DNA from: an uncultured delta proteobacterium
Lineage (GTDB): Bacteria; Desulfobacterota; Syntrophobacteria; Syntrophobacterales; Syntrophobacteraceae
DNA: 64,000 bases
NCBI GenBank assembly: GCA_963808625.1
Contig: CAWEHK010000018.1
Location: 140,640-204,639, forward strand
Reading direction: 5' to 3'
Both the position numbers and the translations under genes were made by a program. Every line of letters starts with the position of its first letter. Position 1 is the first letter of the stretch. Below, in pieces: positions 29,605 through 40,243 of this stretch. The notes beneath the pieces were generated by a model. The model saw only the letters and a program-made list of their open reading frames with translations, was not told the origin of the DNA and did not search any database.

Positions 29605-30522
29605 TCAAGGGGGATTCCCCTTAAAGCTTTCACAAAACTCCGCTCGGAAACTGCTCAGGGTGATGTGCTCCCGGACAAGGTGTTCCTGCATTGCCGGGGA
29701 AATCAGGAGGTCTCTCTCTTTTTCACGCTCTTCCGACAGTCGGGTGTCCATGCCCAAAAGGTCCTGGTCGCAATTGCCGGGGTGGACCATCCATTCAGTT
29801 ATTCCCTCCGGGAGCTCCCGGAACAGGAGGATCATGGCAGCCTCATTCCAAATGCCGGTCAGGGAAATCCCTAAAAAATGATCGGGCACACGAACCCCGG
29901 CGCTCCTTATGCGCCCTCGAAAGGAGGATCGCAGAACTCCGATCAGGTTGGCTTTTGAATGCTGAATACAAAAGGATCTTCTATTATCCTTGTCCAGAAG
30001 CCGGGCAACGCGGAAAAAGGGGACTGTGTCGAAAGGGTTGCGGATCCACGGGATGGAGAACTGGCGCGCAAGTTCGACAACCACCTCTAAGACCCCGGGC
30101 AAGACATGCACGTGCTTGTGGCTGTCAAGATGAGTCGGTTGCAGACCGTGGTCCAGGATCATGGTGATCTGATTGCTCAGTTCCTGTCGTATGGCGGCCC
30201 TGCTGATCCCGCCTCCAAGGAGAGAAGCCGCCAGGGCCCAGGGACTCACGGGAAGACGGCCGCGCTCATCGACCAGCCCGCTGATCTCTGAGGGGTTCGA
30301 AACGGGAGGAAGGCCCGTGAGCACCAGATGGACTCCGACATCCAGGATTTCCGCATCCCTGACCATGGCCACGGCATCATCGAAAGCGGACCCGTTGGCC
30401 ATGAGCGACGTGCTGCGCACCATGCCGGCAACGGAGCAATCCCGAATCGCCTGATTGATGCCCCGGGTATAGCCCAGATCATCCGCATTGATGATCAGGA
30501 TCCTCTTCCCTGTCGTTTCCAT
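29605..30522 (-). CDS. ChbG/HpnK (YdjC)-family deacetylase
   Basis: IINADDLG, GVHLVL, HLDSHKHVH, MVHPG. Confidence 0.9.
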   Translation of the reverse strand: METTGKRILIINADDLGYTRGINQAIRDCSVAGMVRSTSLMANGSAFDDAVAMVRDAEILDVGVHLVLTGLPPVSNPSEISGLVDERGRLPVSPWALAASLLGGGISRAAIRQELSNQITMILDHGLQPTHLDSHKHVHVLPGVLEVVVELARQFSIPWIRNPFDTVPFFRVARLLDKDNRRSFCIQHSKANLIGVLRSSFRGRIRSAGVRVPDHFLGISLTGIWNEAAMILLFRELPEGITEWMVHPGNCDQDLLGMDTRLSEEREKERDLLISPAMQEHLVREHITLSSFRAEFCESFKGNPP

Positions 30523-30815
30523 GACTCCCTTTTTTTCTCACCACAGGGTTTCGATAGACGTGACGGAATTGAAACGACTTCTTGAAATCGGTTTCCCGGT
30601 CCATGCCCGTCGCGTATGCTCGAATGTCCCCCGCTATCGACCGGTGCCCATGACGGCTGGTCTTTGCTAGCAGAAGTATCACCCTGTGTCAAGCCGGCTT
30701 CCTCCGGCCTTTCCCTCGGCTTGTCAGAGCTTTACCGCTTTTCATTTGACTGTGGCTGCGCTATATTCCGCCGCACTTCATTCGTGAAGCTCGGTCCAAT
30801 ATTGAGGTAAGAAGC

Positions 30816-32210
30816 GTGTCCAAATTGGCAGTAGCGCGGGTCATATTCCTTTCGTTGGCGGTTGTTTTTCTTGTTTCGAGCGGATCTGCTTCAGCCGGGG
30901 AAGTGCCGGTGCTGGGGTTGCATCAGGTGATTCTGATGGCCCTGGAAAAGAGCCCTCAGATGAAGGAGGCAGACCAGGACATAGCGGCCGCCCAAAGTGA
31001 ACTGGCCCAGGCAAAAGCCGGGCAATGGGCCCAGCTGGACGTCCTTGCGTTGACAGGACCGGCCCAGAACGCAGATCTCCCAACAGTCCTGAGCCAGCCG
31101 ATCGGGGACGGGAACTACCTGGGGCAACTCACCAACAACGACAAGAACAGCGTCGGCATCTTCGGGATGTTTGATATGGCCCTCATACAGCCGCTTTTCA
31201 CGTTCGGCAAAATCTCTCACCGCCAGGACGCCGCCGCGTACGGGGTAGACGCGTCGAAATCCGCCAAGGAGAAGAAGCGCGCTCAAGTGGTGCTGAATAT
31301 TAAGGAGCTCTTCTACGGGACGATCGTAGCCAGGCAGGGTGTAAGCGCCGCAGATGACGCCAACCTATTCATCCGGGATGCACGCCAGCGCATCGAGCGA
31401 CTCCTCAAGCTTGGCTCCCCGAATGTCAGCGACGTGGACCTCTACCGGTTGGAAACCTTTGAATCGGACGTTATGGCTTTCAAGGCCAAGGCTGAGGCAG
31501 GGGCCCGTGTGGCCTACCTTGCCCTCAAGAAAAACATCGGACTCAAGGAGGACCAGGAATTTCAACTTGACTTGAAAGAACTCCCCAGAGACACGCGGGA
31601 GCTTGAACACCAGGAAGAATACATGCAAAGGGCGCTGGAGAACAGACCCGAACTTCAGGAACTCAAGAAGGGCATAGAGGCGCGCAAGGCGCTTGTGGAT
31701 GCCGCAAGGGCCGACCTCTATCCATCTTTTTTTCTTGCTGCAGTCGGTTCCCTTGCCGGGGCTCCCGGTCGGGAGAGGATGCCGATCTCCTATTTCCGTG
31801 ACGGCCTTAACCATGCCGAAGGAGGCTTTTTCCTCGGCACTGCCTGGCATTTCGATTTTGGCATCGGCACCGGGAAAATAAATAAAGCCAGGGCCGAGCA
31901 TCAAAAATTGCTCTATACCAAGGAATATGCGGAACGGAACATTCCCCTTGAGGTTGCCAAATACTATCAGGATGCAACGGAGTTTCGGAAATCCTTCCAA
32001 GCTTATGAGAAGGGCATGGTTGCAGCCCGCAAATGGATTGTCGCGGCGTTTGCCAACTTCGACATCGGCACAGGCACGGCCAAGGATATGTTTGATGCTA
32101 TCGACCGTTACGGCAAGAACCGGGGCGACTACCTTGTCGCTCTTTATAACTACCATATCGCCTTGGCCAAGATGAGTTACGCTGTCGGGGAAAAGTGGAC
32201 GGAGCAATAA
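30816..32210 (+). CDS. TolC-family outer membrane efflux protein
   Basis: Signal peptide, QPLFTFGK, RPEL, ARADLYPS and a C-terminal OEP pattern. Confidence 0.85.
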   Translation: MSKLAVARVIFLSLAVVFLVSSGSASAGEVPVLGLHQVILMALEKSPQMKEADQDIAAAQSELAQAKAGQWAQLDVLALTGPAQNADLPTVLSQPIGDGNYLGQLTNNDKNSVGIFGMFDMALIQPLFTFGKISHRQDAAAYGVDASKSAKEKKRAQVVLNIKELFYGTIVARQGVSAADDANLFIRDARQRIERLLKLGSPNVSDVDLYRLETFESDVMAFKAKAEAGARVAYLALKKNIGLKEDQEFQLDLKELPRDTRELEHQEEYMQRALENRPELQELKKGIEARKALVDAARADLYPSFFLAAVGSLAGAPGRERMPISYFRDGLNHAEGGFFLGTAWHFDFGIGTGKINKARAEHQKLLYTKEYAERNIPLEVAKYYQDATEFRKSFQAYEKGMVAARKWIVAAFANFDIGTGTAKDMFDAIDRYGKNRGDYLVALYNYHIALAKMSYAVGEKWTEQ

Positions 32211-32276
32211 GGTACCGGGCCTTCAGGTCTCGGCTTTTGGGTTTTACGGGGTTTCTTTTCCCGTGAGGCATGACGG

Positions 32277-32924
32277 TTGCCAAAAGAAAGATTGACAGGG
32301 ATGATTATGAGGGCATGCTTAATTATATGTTTCAGCATTCTTTTGCTGCCGGGAGGGTCCCATGGGGCAGCAGCCCCCGCATCAGGCACGGCAGCGGTGA
32401 AGTCGGTGCTGGATCAAGCCATGGACATTCAGACGCGGCCGGACCTCCAGGGGGAGGCCCACGTCAAGAAACGGTCGCAACTGATCCGGCAGCTTATCGC
32501 CGAGAATTTTGCCGCCGAGGAGATGGCAAAAGAATCGCTCAAAGACAGCTGGGACAAACTCTCAGCGGCTCAGCGCACGGAGTACCAGAAGCTTTTCACC
32601 ACCCTCTTTCAGGATTCCTATACCCGCATGGTACTGAATTTTCTTCAAAAGGAGAGTGTTGAATATCGTCAGGAGTCTCCAGACAAGAAAGGGGTGGGAG
32701 TCTCGACAACCATCATGCGGGCAAACGAACACATTCCGGTGGATTACCATTTGATTCAGAAGAGCGGCCGCTGGCTCATAAGCGATGTCGATATCGATGG
32801 GGTCAGCATCGTTGAAAACTACCGGAACTCCTTCCGCCGCGTCATACAGACCAGCTCCTTTGACAACCTCTTGCAGAAGATGCGCCTGCAGAGCCAAGCG
32901 GTTCAGGGGGATTCCTCATCATAA
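32277..32924 (+). CDS. HpnM/MlaC (Ttg2D)-family lipid-binding periplasmic protein
   Basis: W.I.DV.IDGVSIVENYRNSF motif; signal peptide. Confidence 0.87.
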   Translation: MPKERLTGMIMRACLIICFSILLLPGGSHGAAAPASGTAAVKSVLDQAMDIQTRPDLQGEAHVKKRSQLIRQLIAENFAAEEMAKESLKDSWDKLSAAQRTEYQKLFTTLFQDSYTRMVLNFLQKESVEYRQESPDKKGVGVSTTIMRANEHIPVDYHLIQKSGRWLISDVDIDGVSIVENYRNSFRRVIQTSSFDNLLQKMRLQSQAVQGDSSS

Positions 32925-32946
32925 ACGCCCGGAAGACCGCGATTCG

Positions 32947-34086
32947 TCACGAGTCTCTGACCGCCATTTTGCCGTCGTCGATGAGTCTGTAGGTTCTTCC
33001 CCGCCATGATACGGTCTTTCCCGTCTGTCCCAAAAGCCAGAACACGAAGCCGAAAAGATCTCTCAGCGGCAACAGCCAGAAGGCTTGCCGCAACAGCTTG
33101 TCACCGAGCCTCCGGATGGCCACTGCGTAGGCCATCGTCATCCGGGCGCAAAGGGTTATGGCCAGGATCGAGAGGCTCAGCGCAGACCCTTTGCCGGCCA
33201 CCGCTAATAGAGTGGCAAGCACCGTCCCGTGGGTCACCATCGAGCCCAGATACCCCCAAGGCCGGCAGGCCCTGATACCTCGCGCCCAGCGGATCTGGTG
33301 TTTCATCATGTCTATAAATGAGGTCGGCGGGAGCACAAGTTCGACCACATGGGATGAGAGCTTAACTTCATAACCGGCTTGCGCCATGAGCTTGCCAAGC
33401 ATGAAGTCGTCAGCGAGGTAATCCGCGACGGCCTCAAAGCCCCCGATAGCCTGCAGGTGCTTTTTGGTCGTCGCAATGGTCGCACCGAAGGCGAAAGAAA
33501 GACCCTCCATAAGCCAGGCAACCAGGACCCCGGGGGCAAATTCCGCCGTTATCCCCATAGCCTCGATCTTGGACGCAAAATCGGGCGCCGCGCCTGCCCG
33601 ATAGAGGCAGGTAACCAGACCGACTCGCTCGTCGGTGAACTCAGGGACAATACTTGCCAGGTAGTCGGCCTGCACCCTGATGTCGCTGTCCACCAACACA
33701 ATCAGCTCATGTTTTGCCTTTTTGAGCATATTGTGCAAGTTGTTGACCTTCGGGTTTTCTCCAATGGCGGCCGCGTCTGAAACGAGGGTGATGTCCTTAC
33801 GAGAGAAATTCGCCATCAAGCGGCGGATAACCGGAATCGATGAATCCGTCTCATCACTCACGCCAAAAACGATTTGGTAATCCGAGTAATCTTGAAGGCA
33901 GAAGGAGACATAGTTCTCGTAAGCCTCAAAATCTTTGCCGCAGAGGGGAATCATGATCGAGACGGGAGGCCCCTGAAAACGCTTGTCCACCGATGGTTGG
34001 GAAAAGAACCGCCGGGCTGCGTAGATGCAGGCAAGATAATAGCAGATCGACACAAAGCTTAAGAAAGTCAGTATGATCGTGATCAT
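32947..34086 (-). CDS. hpnI: Hopanoid glycosyltransferase (GT2/ceramide glucosyltransferase-like)
   Basis: GENPKVNNL, DSD, LADDFMLG, QIRW; downstream of hpnJ and hpnK. Confidence 0.88.
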   Translation of the reverse strand: MITIILTFLSFVSICYYLACIYAARRFFSQPSVDKRFQGPPVSIMIPLCGKDFEAYENYVSFCLQDYSDYQIVFGVSDETDSSIPVIRRLMANFSRKDITLVSDAAAIGENPKVNNLHNMLKKAKHELIVLVDSDIRVQADYLASIVPEFTDERVGLVTCLYRAGAAPDFASKIEAMGITAEFAPGVLVAWLMEGLSFAFGATIATTKKHLQAIGGFEAVADYLADDFMLGKLMAQAGYEVKLSSHVVELVLPPTSFIDMMKHQIRWARGIRACRPWGYLGSMVTHGTVLATLLAVAGKGSALSLSILAITLCARMTMAYAVAIRRLGDKLLRQAFWLLPLRDLFGFVFWLLGQTGKTVSWRGRTYRLIDDGKMAVRDS

Positions 34087-34948
34087 TCGTTCACAGCCAG
34101 CCCGGAGTAATTTATTAGAGCCATACCGGGGCCGTGCAGGCGGTTCCTGAAAGCACTGCTGGTAAGGATGTCGAGTTCCCTGGAGCCTCTGAGCCTTTAA
34201 AACGGGAACCGGCGAGACCGTCGGCAGCAGAAGGATGGAAGTATATTTCATTGGTTCTTGCTGAGAGATGCTCAAGAACATGGAGAGCATATCCGAGGGT
34301 CATGGCGCCGCTGAAAAAATGGCCGTAGACACGATCGGCGAAGGAGAAACCGCGATTAATGAGATCTCTTTTCATGCGCCGAGTAAGCAGCCAAAAGACG
34401 AAAGCGACAATCGCCTTGCTCGCCAGGGCCTGTCTCCGGTATTGCACGGCAAGTCGGAAATCATCATGAGGGACCCGCATCCGTTTGACCCGGTGCTGTT
34501 CGGCAAGTTCAAGGGCGGCCGCAAAAATCACCGGATGGACGTGCATGTGGAGATGGCTGTCGACGTGAGAAAGCTTGAGTCCGGTGGCACGAAACCGGTG
34601 GAATTGGGCGGTAAGTTCCTTTTTCAGCTGCTCTCGGGCCAAACGGGAGAAATAGTACTTCAAGCCGGCCACGGCCGGATTGTCCGAAAAATTGCCTTGC
34701 CGGTCGACCAGACGGGGGATTTCAGAATGGGGCAAGACAGCCTTGCCTTGCACGGTGACGAGGTGAATCCCAACAGCTAAACCGCGGTTCTGGTCGGCTA
34801 AGTGCACCGCATGGTCGAAGGCTTCCCCCGTTACCATCAGACTGCAACTGGTGAGCGTCCCCGCTTTGAAGGCCCTGATGATGGCTTCATTGACTTGCGG
34901 GGTCTTGCCGAAATCATCGCCGTTAACAATCACTTGAGTCTGATGCAT
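34083..34948 (-). CDS. hpnK: Hopanoid-associated deacetylase; C-terminal frameshift at ~34190
   Basis: VNGDDFG, HVDSHLHMHVHP and EIYFHP. An alternative frame gives RELDILTS...INYSGLAVNE*, whose stop overlaps the hpnI ATG. Confidence 0.85.
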
Positions 34949-35002
34949 CGAGCCTTTGGTCTTGCAGCAATTGAGGCGTTTGCCGACCTGTTCCACCCCG
35001 CT

Positions 35003-36423
35003 TCAAGCCTTGACGAAGCGCCTTCTTTTGGCACGCAACTGCAGGTATTCCTTGGCTTCACGGAATAGCCGGGTGCGCTCGCTTGGTCCCAGAACGCCTG
35101 TCGCAAGATGCGGAAAACAATTTTAGGGCGAAAGTAGTAGCGCCCGTAGAAGTACTCCACCGCCTCCACGATCTCCTCCCTGGAGAGCCCCGGGTATTTG
35201 AAATTGGGAAGCTGATGGCCCAATTCGTCGGCCATGTCGTCATCGGTCAGGTAGCCGTTGCGGCGCAGGTATGCATCAAATTCGGTCCCCGGGAAAGGAT
35301 GGGCGATAGACACTTGAATCGTTTCGCAATCGAGTTCTTCCGCAAAGCGGATGGTCCGCATGATAGTCTCCGAAGTCTCCCCCGGAAGGCCCATGATGAA
35401 GTCTCCATGAACTCTGATGCCCAGTTCTCTGCAGTTCCTCATAAAGGTGCGGGCCTGCGTCAAGGTGATACCCTTTTTGATGTTCTTGAGGATGACCGGG
35501 TCACCCGACTCGAACCCCACGACCAGCAGGCGGCAACCCGCCTCTTTCATGGCCTTAAGCATCTCGAAATCGGCATGCACCCGGGAGTTGCAGGACCAGG
35601 TAAACTTGAGGCGTTTCAGTCGGGCGCAAAGCTCCAACACCCTGGCCTTACCCCAGGCAAAGGTGTCGTCATCAAAGAAGATCTCTCTGACATTGGGAAA
35701 GAGCTCAAAGGCTCTCCTGATTTCGGCAACGACGTTTTCACCGCTCCGGGTCCGCCACTTATGGCCGCTGAAGGTTTGAGGCCAGAGACAGAAGGTGCAA
35801 AAAGCCGGACATCCGCGGGAGGTGTAGAAGGAAATGAACGGGTGCTGCAAAAATGGTATATTGTATTTCGTTATATCAAGGTCGCGTTTGTAAATCTCAA
35901 CGGCAAACGGCAGGGAATCAAGATCGGTGAGGAGGGGGCCGTCCTGATTGTGAATCACGTGACCGTTATTTCGAAAGGAGACCCCCCTGAGGTCTTCAAG
36001 CCTCTTGCCCCGGGCATATTCAGCAACGGTGTAGTCAAACTCTCTCCGGGCGACAAAATCAATAGCGGATGAGGCGTTGAGCGTCTCTTCAGGCAAGACG
36101 GAAACAGGTGGGCCAACAAAGGCAATCTTGATTCCCGGATTGGTGTCCTTGATTCGCTCGGCAAGCCGGATATCGTTTTTAAAGCCCGCAGTACTGGTGA
36201 AGACGACCACGAATTCGTAGTCCCCGGCGATCAGGATCGTTTCTTCTGCGGTCACCCCGTGGGGAGGAGCGTCGAGCAAGCGACTCTCTTTGATGAGCCC
36301 GGCAGGGTAGGAAAGCCAGGCCGGGTACCAGTAGGAAGTTATCTCGCGGCGTGCCGGCCAGCGACAGCCTGCCCCTCCGTCGAATTTCTCGAAAGATGGG
36401 GGATTGAGGAGCAAGGTTTTCAT
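35003..36423 (-). CDS. hpnJ: Hopanoid biosynthesis radical SAM protein; C-terminal frameshift at ~35085
   Basis: LNPPSFEKFDGGAG, RGCPAFCTFCLWPQT. An alternative frame gives ERTRLFREAKEYLQLR...*. Confidence 0.9.
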
Positions 36424-36460
36424 CCAGTCTCCACAGGTGGAATGGCAGCGAACAGGGGTT

Positions 36461-37084
36461 TCATTCGGGAATCAACCGCTTAAAATCCACAGGCTCCTTG
36501 GCTCTCCTTTCTCCCTTCGCATGTTTTTGCTGCTGCGGTTCCGGGTTCTTCAGTTCTTCGCATTTGGCTTCTTTTTCGATGAGCGATGTGGCACTCAGTT
36601 TCACCGAATTACCCCTGGTGTATTCCTCAACGTCCGCGCTGTTGTGTTGCAGGATCATGCTGACATTGTTGCCATCTTTGTCCTTGAACGACCATTTCCA
36701 AGCAACAAAGGCGCGAAAAGCATCTCCACGATATTGGTCCGGGTTACCGAATTTCTGCTTGAAACGACTGAGCAACTCATCAAAGAATTCCTTGTCGTTC
36801 CGATCATATTTGAGCTTGATCTTGACGATGCGGCCGGGTTTTTCACAGTTTCCGTAGAAGATGTAGCCGCTTCGATAGCCTTCGAAGGAAGGCTTGAGCT
36901 CGACTTCCGATATGTACTCCATGTGGCGAACGGGCAAAGCGGTAGCCATCTGGAGAATACTCTTGTACTGATCGAGGCTCGCTCCCAGGCGAATTCCTGC
37001 GATCTGCTGGGGAGCCTGAGCAAAACCCATGACGGGAAAAAGAAGAGCAGTGATCAGGATTGATAGGGAAATGATCTTTCGCAT
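36461..37084 (-). CDS. Exported hypothetical protein
   Basis: MRKIISLSILITALLFPVMGFA signal peptide; AGGAGG RBS. Confidence 0.78.
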   Translation of the reverse strand: MRKIISLSILITALLFPVMGFAQAPQQIAGIRLGASLDQYKSILQMATALPVRHMEYISEVELKPSFEGYRSGYIFYGNCEKPGRIVKIKLKYDRNDKEFFDELLSRFKQKFGNPDQYRGDAFRAFVAWKWSFKDKDGNNVSMILQHNSADVEEYTRGNSVKLSATSLIEKEAKCEELKNPEPQQQKHAKGERRAKEPVDFKRLIPE

Positions 37085-37106
37085 GGACACGGCCTCCTTG
37101 AACACC

Positions 37107-37760
37107 CTATTCGGTATTCGGTAAGGGTTTTGCTTTCTTTTTCCGGTAATCCTTGTTGTGCAAATACCGAAACATCCTCTCAAGTTGGTCTTTGCAAATC
37201 ATGGCGCATATAACGATCACCAGCGCGATACTCAGGAGAATCCAAAACCGGCCATATTGCTCAAGCCTTAAGAAATTCCCTTCCACAGTGAGCAGCACCG
37301 TGCCCAGCAACCGACCGACGCCGCCGATGAGAAGGAATTCCATGGTGGACAGATGCCCCAGTCCCAGGATATAGCAAAGCGCATCCTTGGGAAAACCGGG
37401 GATCAGAAAGAGCAGAAAGACCAGAAACGCGCCCTTGTGATGGAGCAGGTAGTCAAAACGTGCCATCGCCTGCGGAGCGATAAAGCGTTCGACGAAGGGC
37501 CTGCCGAGAGATCTTGAGAGTGCAAAGGCAAGGTAAGAACCCAGGGTCAGGCCGATGGTCGACAGCAAAACCCCCAGCCAGGGTCCAAACATAAAGCCCC
37601 CTAAAATCCCGGTAGCCTCCCCCGGTACGGGCGCCGCCACAACTTGGAAGGCCTGCAGAAAAACAAATGCCACGGTTGACCAGGGACCGAGAGATTCCAG
37701 AAAACTCAGCAGTTTTTCTCTGCTGAGGAAGAGTCGCATCCAATCCGATTCATAGATCAA
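37107..37760 (-). CDS. TVP38/TMEM64 (DedA/VTT) family membrane protein
   Basis: QVVAAPVPGE, G.MFG, LIPGFPKD.LCY..G. The frame stays open upstream without an ATG, so the start is uncertain. Confidence 0.85.
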   Translation of the reverse strand: MIYESDWMRLFLSREKLLSFLESLGPWSTVAFVFLQAFQVVAAPVPGEATGILGGFMFGPWLGVLLSTIGLTLGSYLAFALSRSLGRPFVERFIAPQAMARFDYLLHHKGAFLVFLLFLIPGFPKDALCYILGLGHLSTMEFLLIGGVGRLLGTVLLTVEGNFLRLEQYGRFWILLSIALVIVICAMICKDQLERMFRYLHNKDYRKKKAKPLPNTE

Positions 37761-38654
37761 GGCCCAGACACCGCCAACAACAATAAGCAGGGCAAATAAC
37801 TTGAGCCAAATGTGATTCCTTCGCTTGCCGTTTCCGTTAATGCTCCTGTCCTTCCTCTGAATGCCGGTGAATCAGATCTGTCGGTGCTCGCAACCCGCAG
37901 GAGTATCAGCCCCGACTGTCAGCCCGATCTCCAGGCGCTGAGATGAATATCATTAGTCTCCGATGTTCCTGGCGCCATTTCAGTAGCAGCAGAGAGCCAG
38001 GCTCTTGGGGTGATCCCCGCTTCCCACAGCGACCGCTTAAAGCATGCGGAAGGCAAGCTTCTCGATGGTGACGAAGGGAAGCAACCCAAACCGAAACGGG
38101 TGCACAGGCGCATTTGCAGATAACGAAGATCCGCTGCGATAGCAGCTTCGAACCGCACCTGAAGGACCAGCCGACATGACGCTGATGAATATAATACATC
38201 CTTTCCGTCTTGCATAGACTGAACGGGCGGAAACGATGACTTCCCGTTGCGGGACCGCTCCCCTTCGATTCACGAAACCGAGAAGAAGCCCCGGCCGACC
38301 TGATTATGTTCTCCATCATTGAGGGCCATATTTTCGAGGGGAAAGCCATAACCGGTTGCTTTACTCCTTATACCACCCCGCCGGCCCTCAAATCTTGAGG
38401 CAGGAGCATTATTTCATCTCTCATCCTCCCCAAACTCGCATGTACGGACCGGTTGCACCGAAAAAACTCTTGACATGTCGGTTCGGGGGTAATACTTCGG
38501 TTTTCTGTGAACGCTGTTGAATAAGAACTCGACCATCAACTCTCCCGCACCAGACCCGGAAATTTTAGATCTCGCGAAAGAGACGCTTCTTTGCTGCCAG
38601 AGGCGTGCTGCCTATCTGCCCCAGAAGGCCTACATTGCCAAGAAGGAGAAAAGC

Positions 38655-39641
38655 ATGAAATCGACACCCTTTGTCAAAGCCCTCAGCTTCCTCATCGTTC
38701 TTGCTCTCATCACCATCTGGAATGGTCCCGGCGGCCTTCCCACGGCACGAGCTTATGATCTACCCCCCGGCCTGAACCTGGGTTTGACCAGCTTTCTCGA
38801 CGGGGGACCGCCGGCCGGCCCGGGATTCTATTTCACTCAGTATTTTCAATATTATACAGCAAGCAAGTTGGCTGGTCCCAATGGCAATGAACTTCTGCCC
38901 CCGTTCGCAGGAGAAAGGTTAAATGTCTATGCCTTTGCTTCCCAGTTTATCTACCAGTCAAACCAGAGTGTGCTGCTGGGCGGCAAATGGGGCCTCGACT
39001 TGATCATCCCGGTTATCGTGACGGACCTTTCCTATGGCAGCTCGGGACCTTTTCCACAGAGTAACGGTGCCGGGCTCGGAGACATCTACGTAGGGCCTTT
39101 CCTCCAGTGGGATCCCGTCATGGGCTGCAACGGTCCCCTCTTCGTGCACAGGGTCGAGCTGCAAATGATTTTTCCCACCGGAAAATATGACAACGACAAA
39201 GCGGTAAACCCGGGCAGCAATTTCTTTTCGTTCGATCCATACTGGGCGGCAACGCTATTCATCATGCCCGGATGGGAGTTTTCTACGCGCGTCCATTACC
39301 TTTGGAACGCCAAGAACAATGATCCGAATCGTGTCTTTGTTGGTGCGGATAGCACCCGGGCCGGTCAGGCGGTCCATCTCAATTTTGCCAGCTCTTATGA
39401 AATTCTCGAGAAGAGACTCCACGCAGGAGTGAACGGCTACTACCTTAAGCAGGTCACCGACACGCAAGTAGACAGTGACGGCATAAGCGGGAGCAAGGAG
39501 CAGGTCCTTGGCATCGGTCCCGGCCTGGTCTACCATTGGTCTCAAGACACTCATTTCTTCTTCAATGTATATTTTGAAACAGCAGTTGAGAATCGAGCTC
39601 AAGGGCAGCGATATAATTTCCGTTTCGTCCATCACTTTTAG
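38655..39641 (+). CDS. SphA/'MetA-pathway phenol degradation'-type outer membrane beta-barrel
   Basis: Signal peptide, GLGDIYVGP, PTGKYD, GVNGYYLKQVTD, GIGPG and a terminal Phe; AAGGAG RBS. Confidence 0.8.
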   Translation: MKSTPFVKALSFLIVLALITIWNGPGGLPTARAYDLPPGLNLGLTSFLDGGPPAGPGFYFTQYFQYYTASKLAGPNGNELLPPFAGERLNVYAFASQFIYQSNQSVLLGGKWGLDLIIPVIVTDLSYGSSGPFPQSNGAGLGDIYVGPFLQWDPVMGCNGPLFVHRVELQMIFPTGKYDNDKAVNPGSNFFSFDPYWAATLFIMPGWEFSTRVHYLWNAKNNDPNRVFVGADSTRAGQAVHLNFASSYEILEKRLHAGVNGYYLKQVTDTQVDSDGISGSKEQVLGIGPGLVYHWSQDTHFFFNVYFETAVENRAQGQRYNFRFVHHF

Positions 39642-39664
39642 TCCTCTTGGGTAAGATCGGATCG

Positions 39665-39687
39665 AGGCGCGGTCAGTGACCGCGCCT
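39665..39687. terminator. GC-rich hairpin after the beta-barrel gene
   Basis: AGGCGCGGTCA-G-TGACCGCGCCT; no U-tract. Confidence 0.35.
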
Positions 39688-39933
39688 GATCACTCCGCCT
39701 TCAACGGGATTGCGCGGATTGCGAATTTCAGATTGCGGAAACGGGAGCTCAGCTTGTCGGTCGACCGTTGTTTGTTTTTTGGAGTCCTCAGTTTGGTCCA
39801 AACTCCCATTTTTTTGTTGAAAAAGCGTGAAGCATCCTTTAATAGCTTAAGAATATTCGGAAAACTCGGGGATTGACAGAGGATTGAGGCGCCTTCTCAA
39901 GGATTCGGTCCTAAAGAGAGAAAGGAAGAGACC

Positions 39934-40221
39934 ATGACCGTGACCAAAGCCCATATCGTGGAAAACCTTTTTGCCAAGAACATTTTCACCAAGACCGAAT
40001 CGGCTCAAATCATAGAAACCCTTTTTGAAATCGTGAAAGACTCTCTCGAGGAGGGAGATGACGTTCTCATCAGCGGGTTTGGCAAGTTCAGCGTCAAAGA
40101 AAAAAACCAACGCCGCGGGCGCAATCCGCAAACGGGTGACCCGATCCTCCTGGCACCGCGCAAAGTGGTTACCTTCAAATGTTCCGGCGTTTTGAGAGAG
40201 CGGATCAACAGAGGGAAGTAG
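39934..40221 (+). CDS. ihfA: Integration host factor subunit alpha
   Basis: TVTKAHIVE, ISGFGKF, RRGRNPQTG, RKVVTFK. Confidence 0.9.
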   Translation: MTVTKAHIVENLFAKNIFTKTESAQIIETLFEIVKDSLEEGDDVLISGFGKFSVKEKNQRRGRNPQTGDPILLAPRKVVTFKCSGVLRERINRGK

Positions 40222-40243
40222 GGGGCGGGTTCAATTGAAACCC

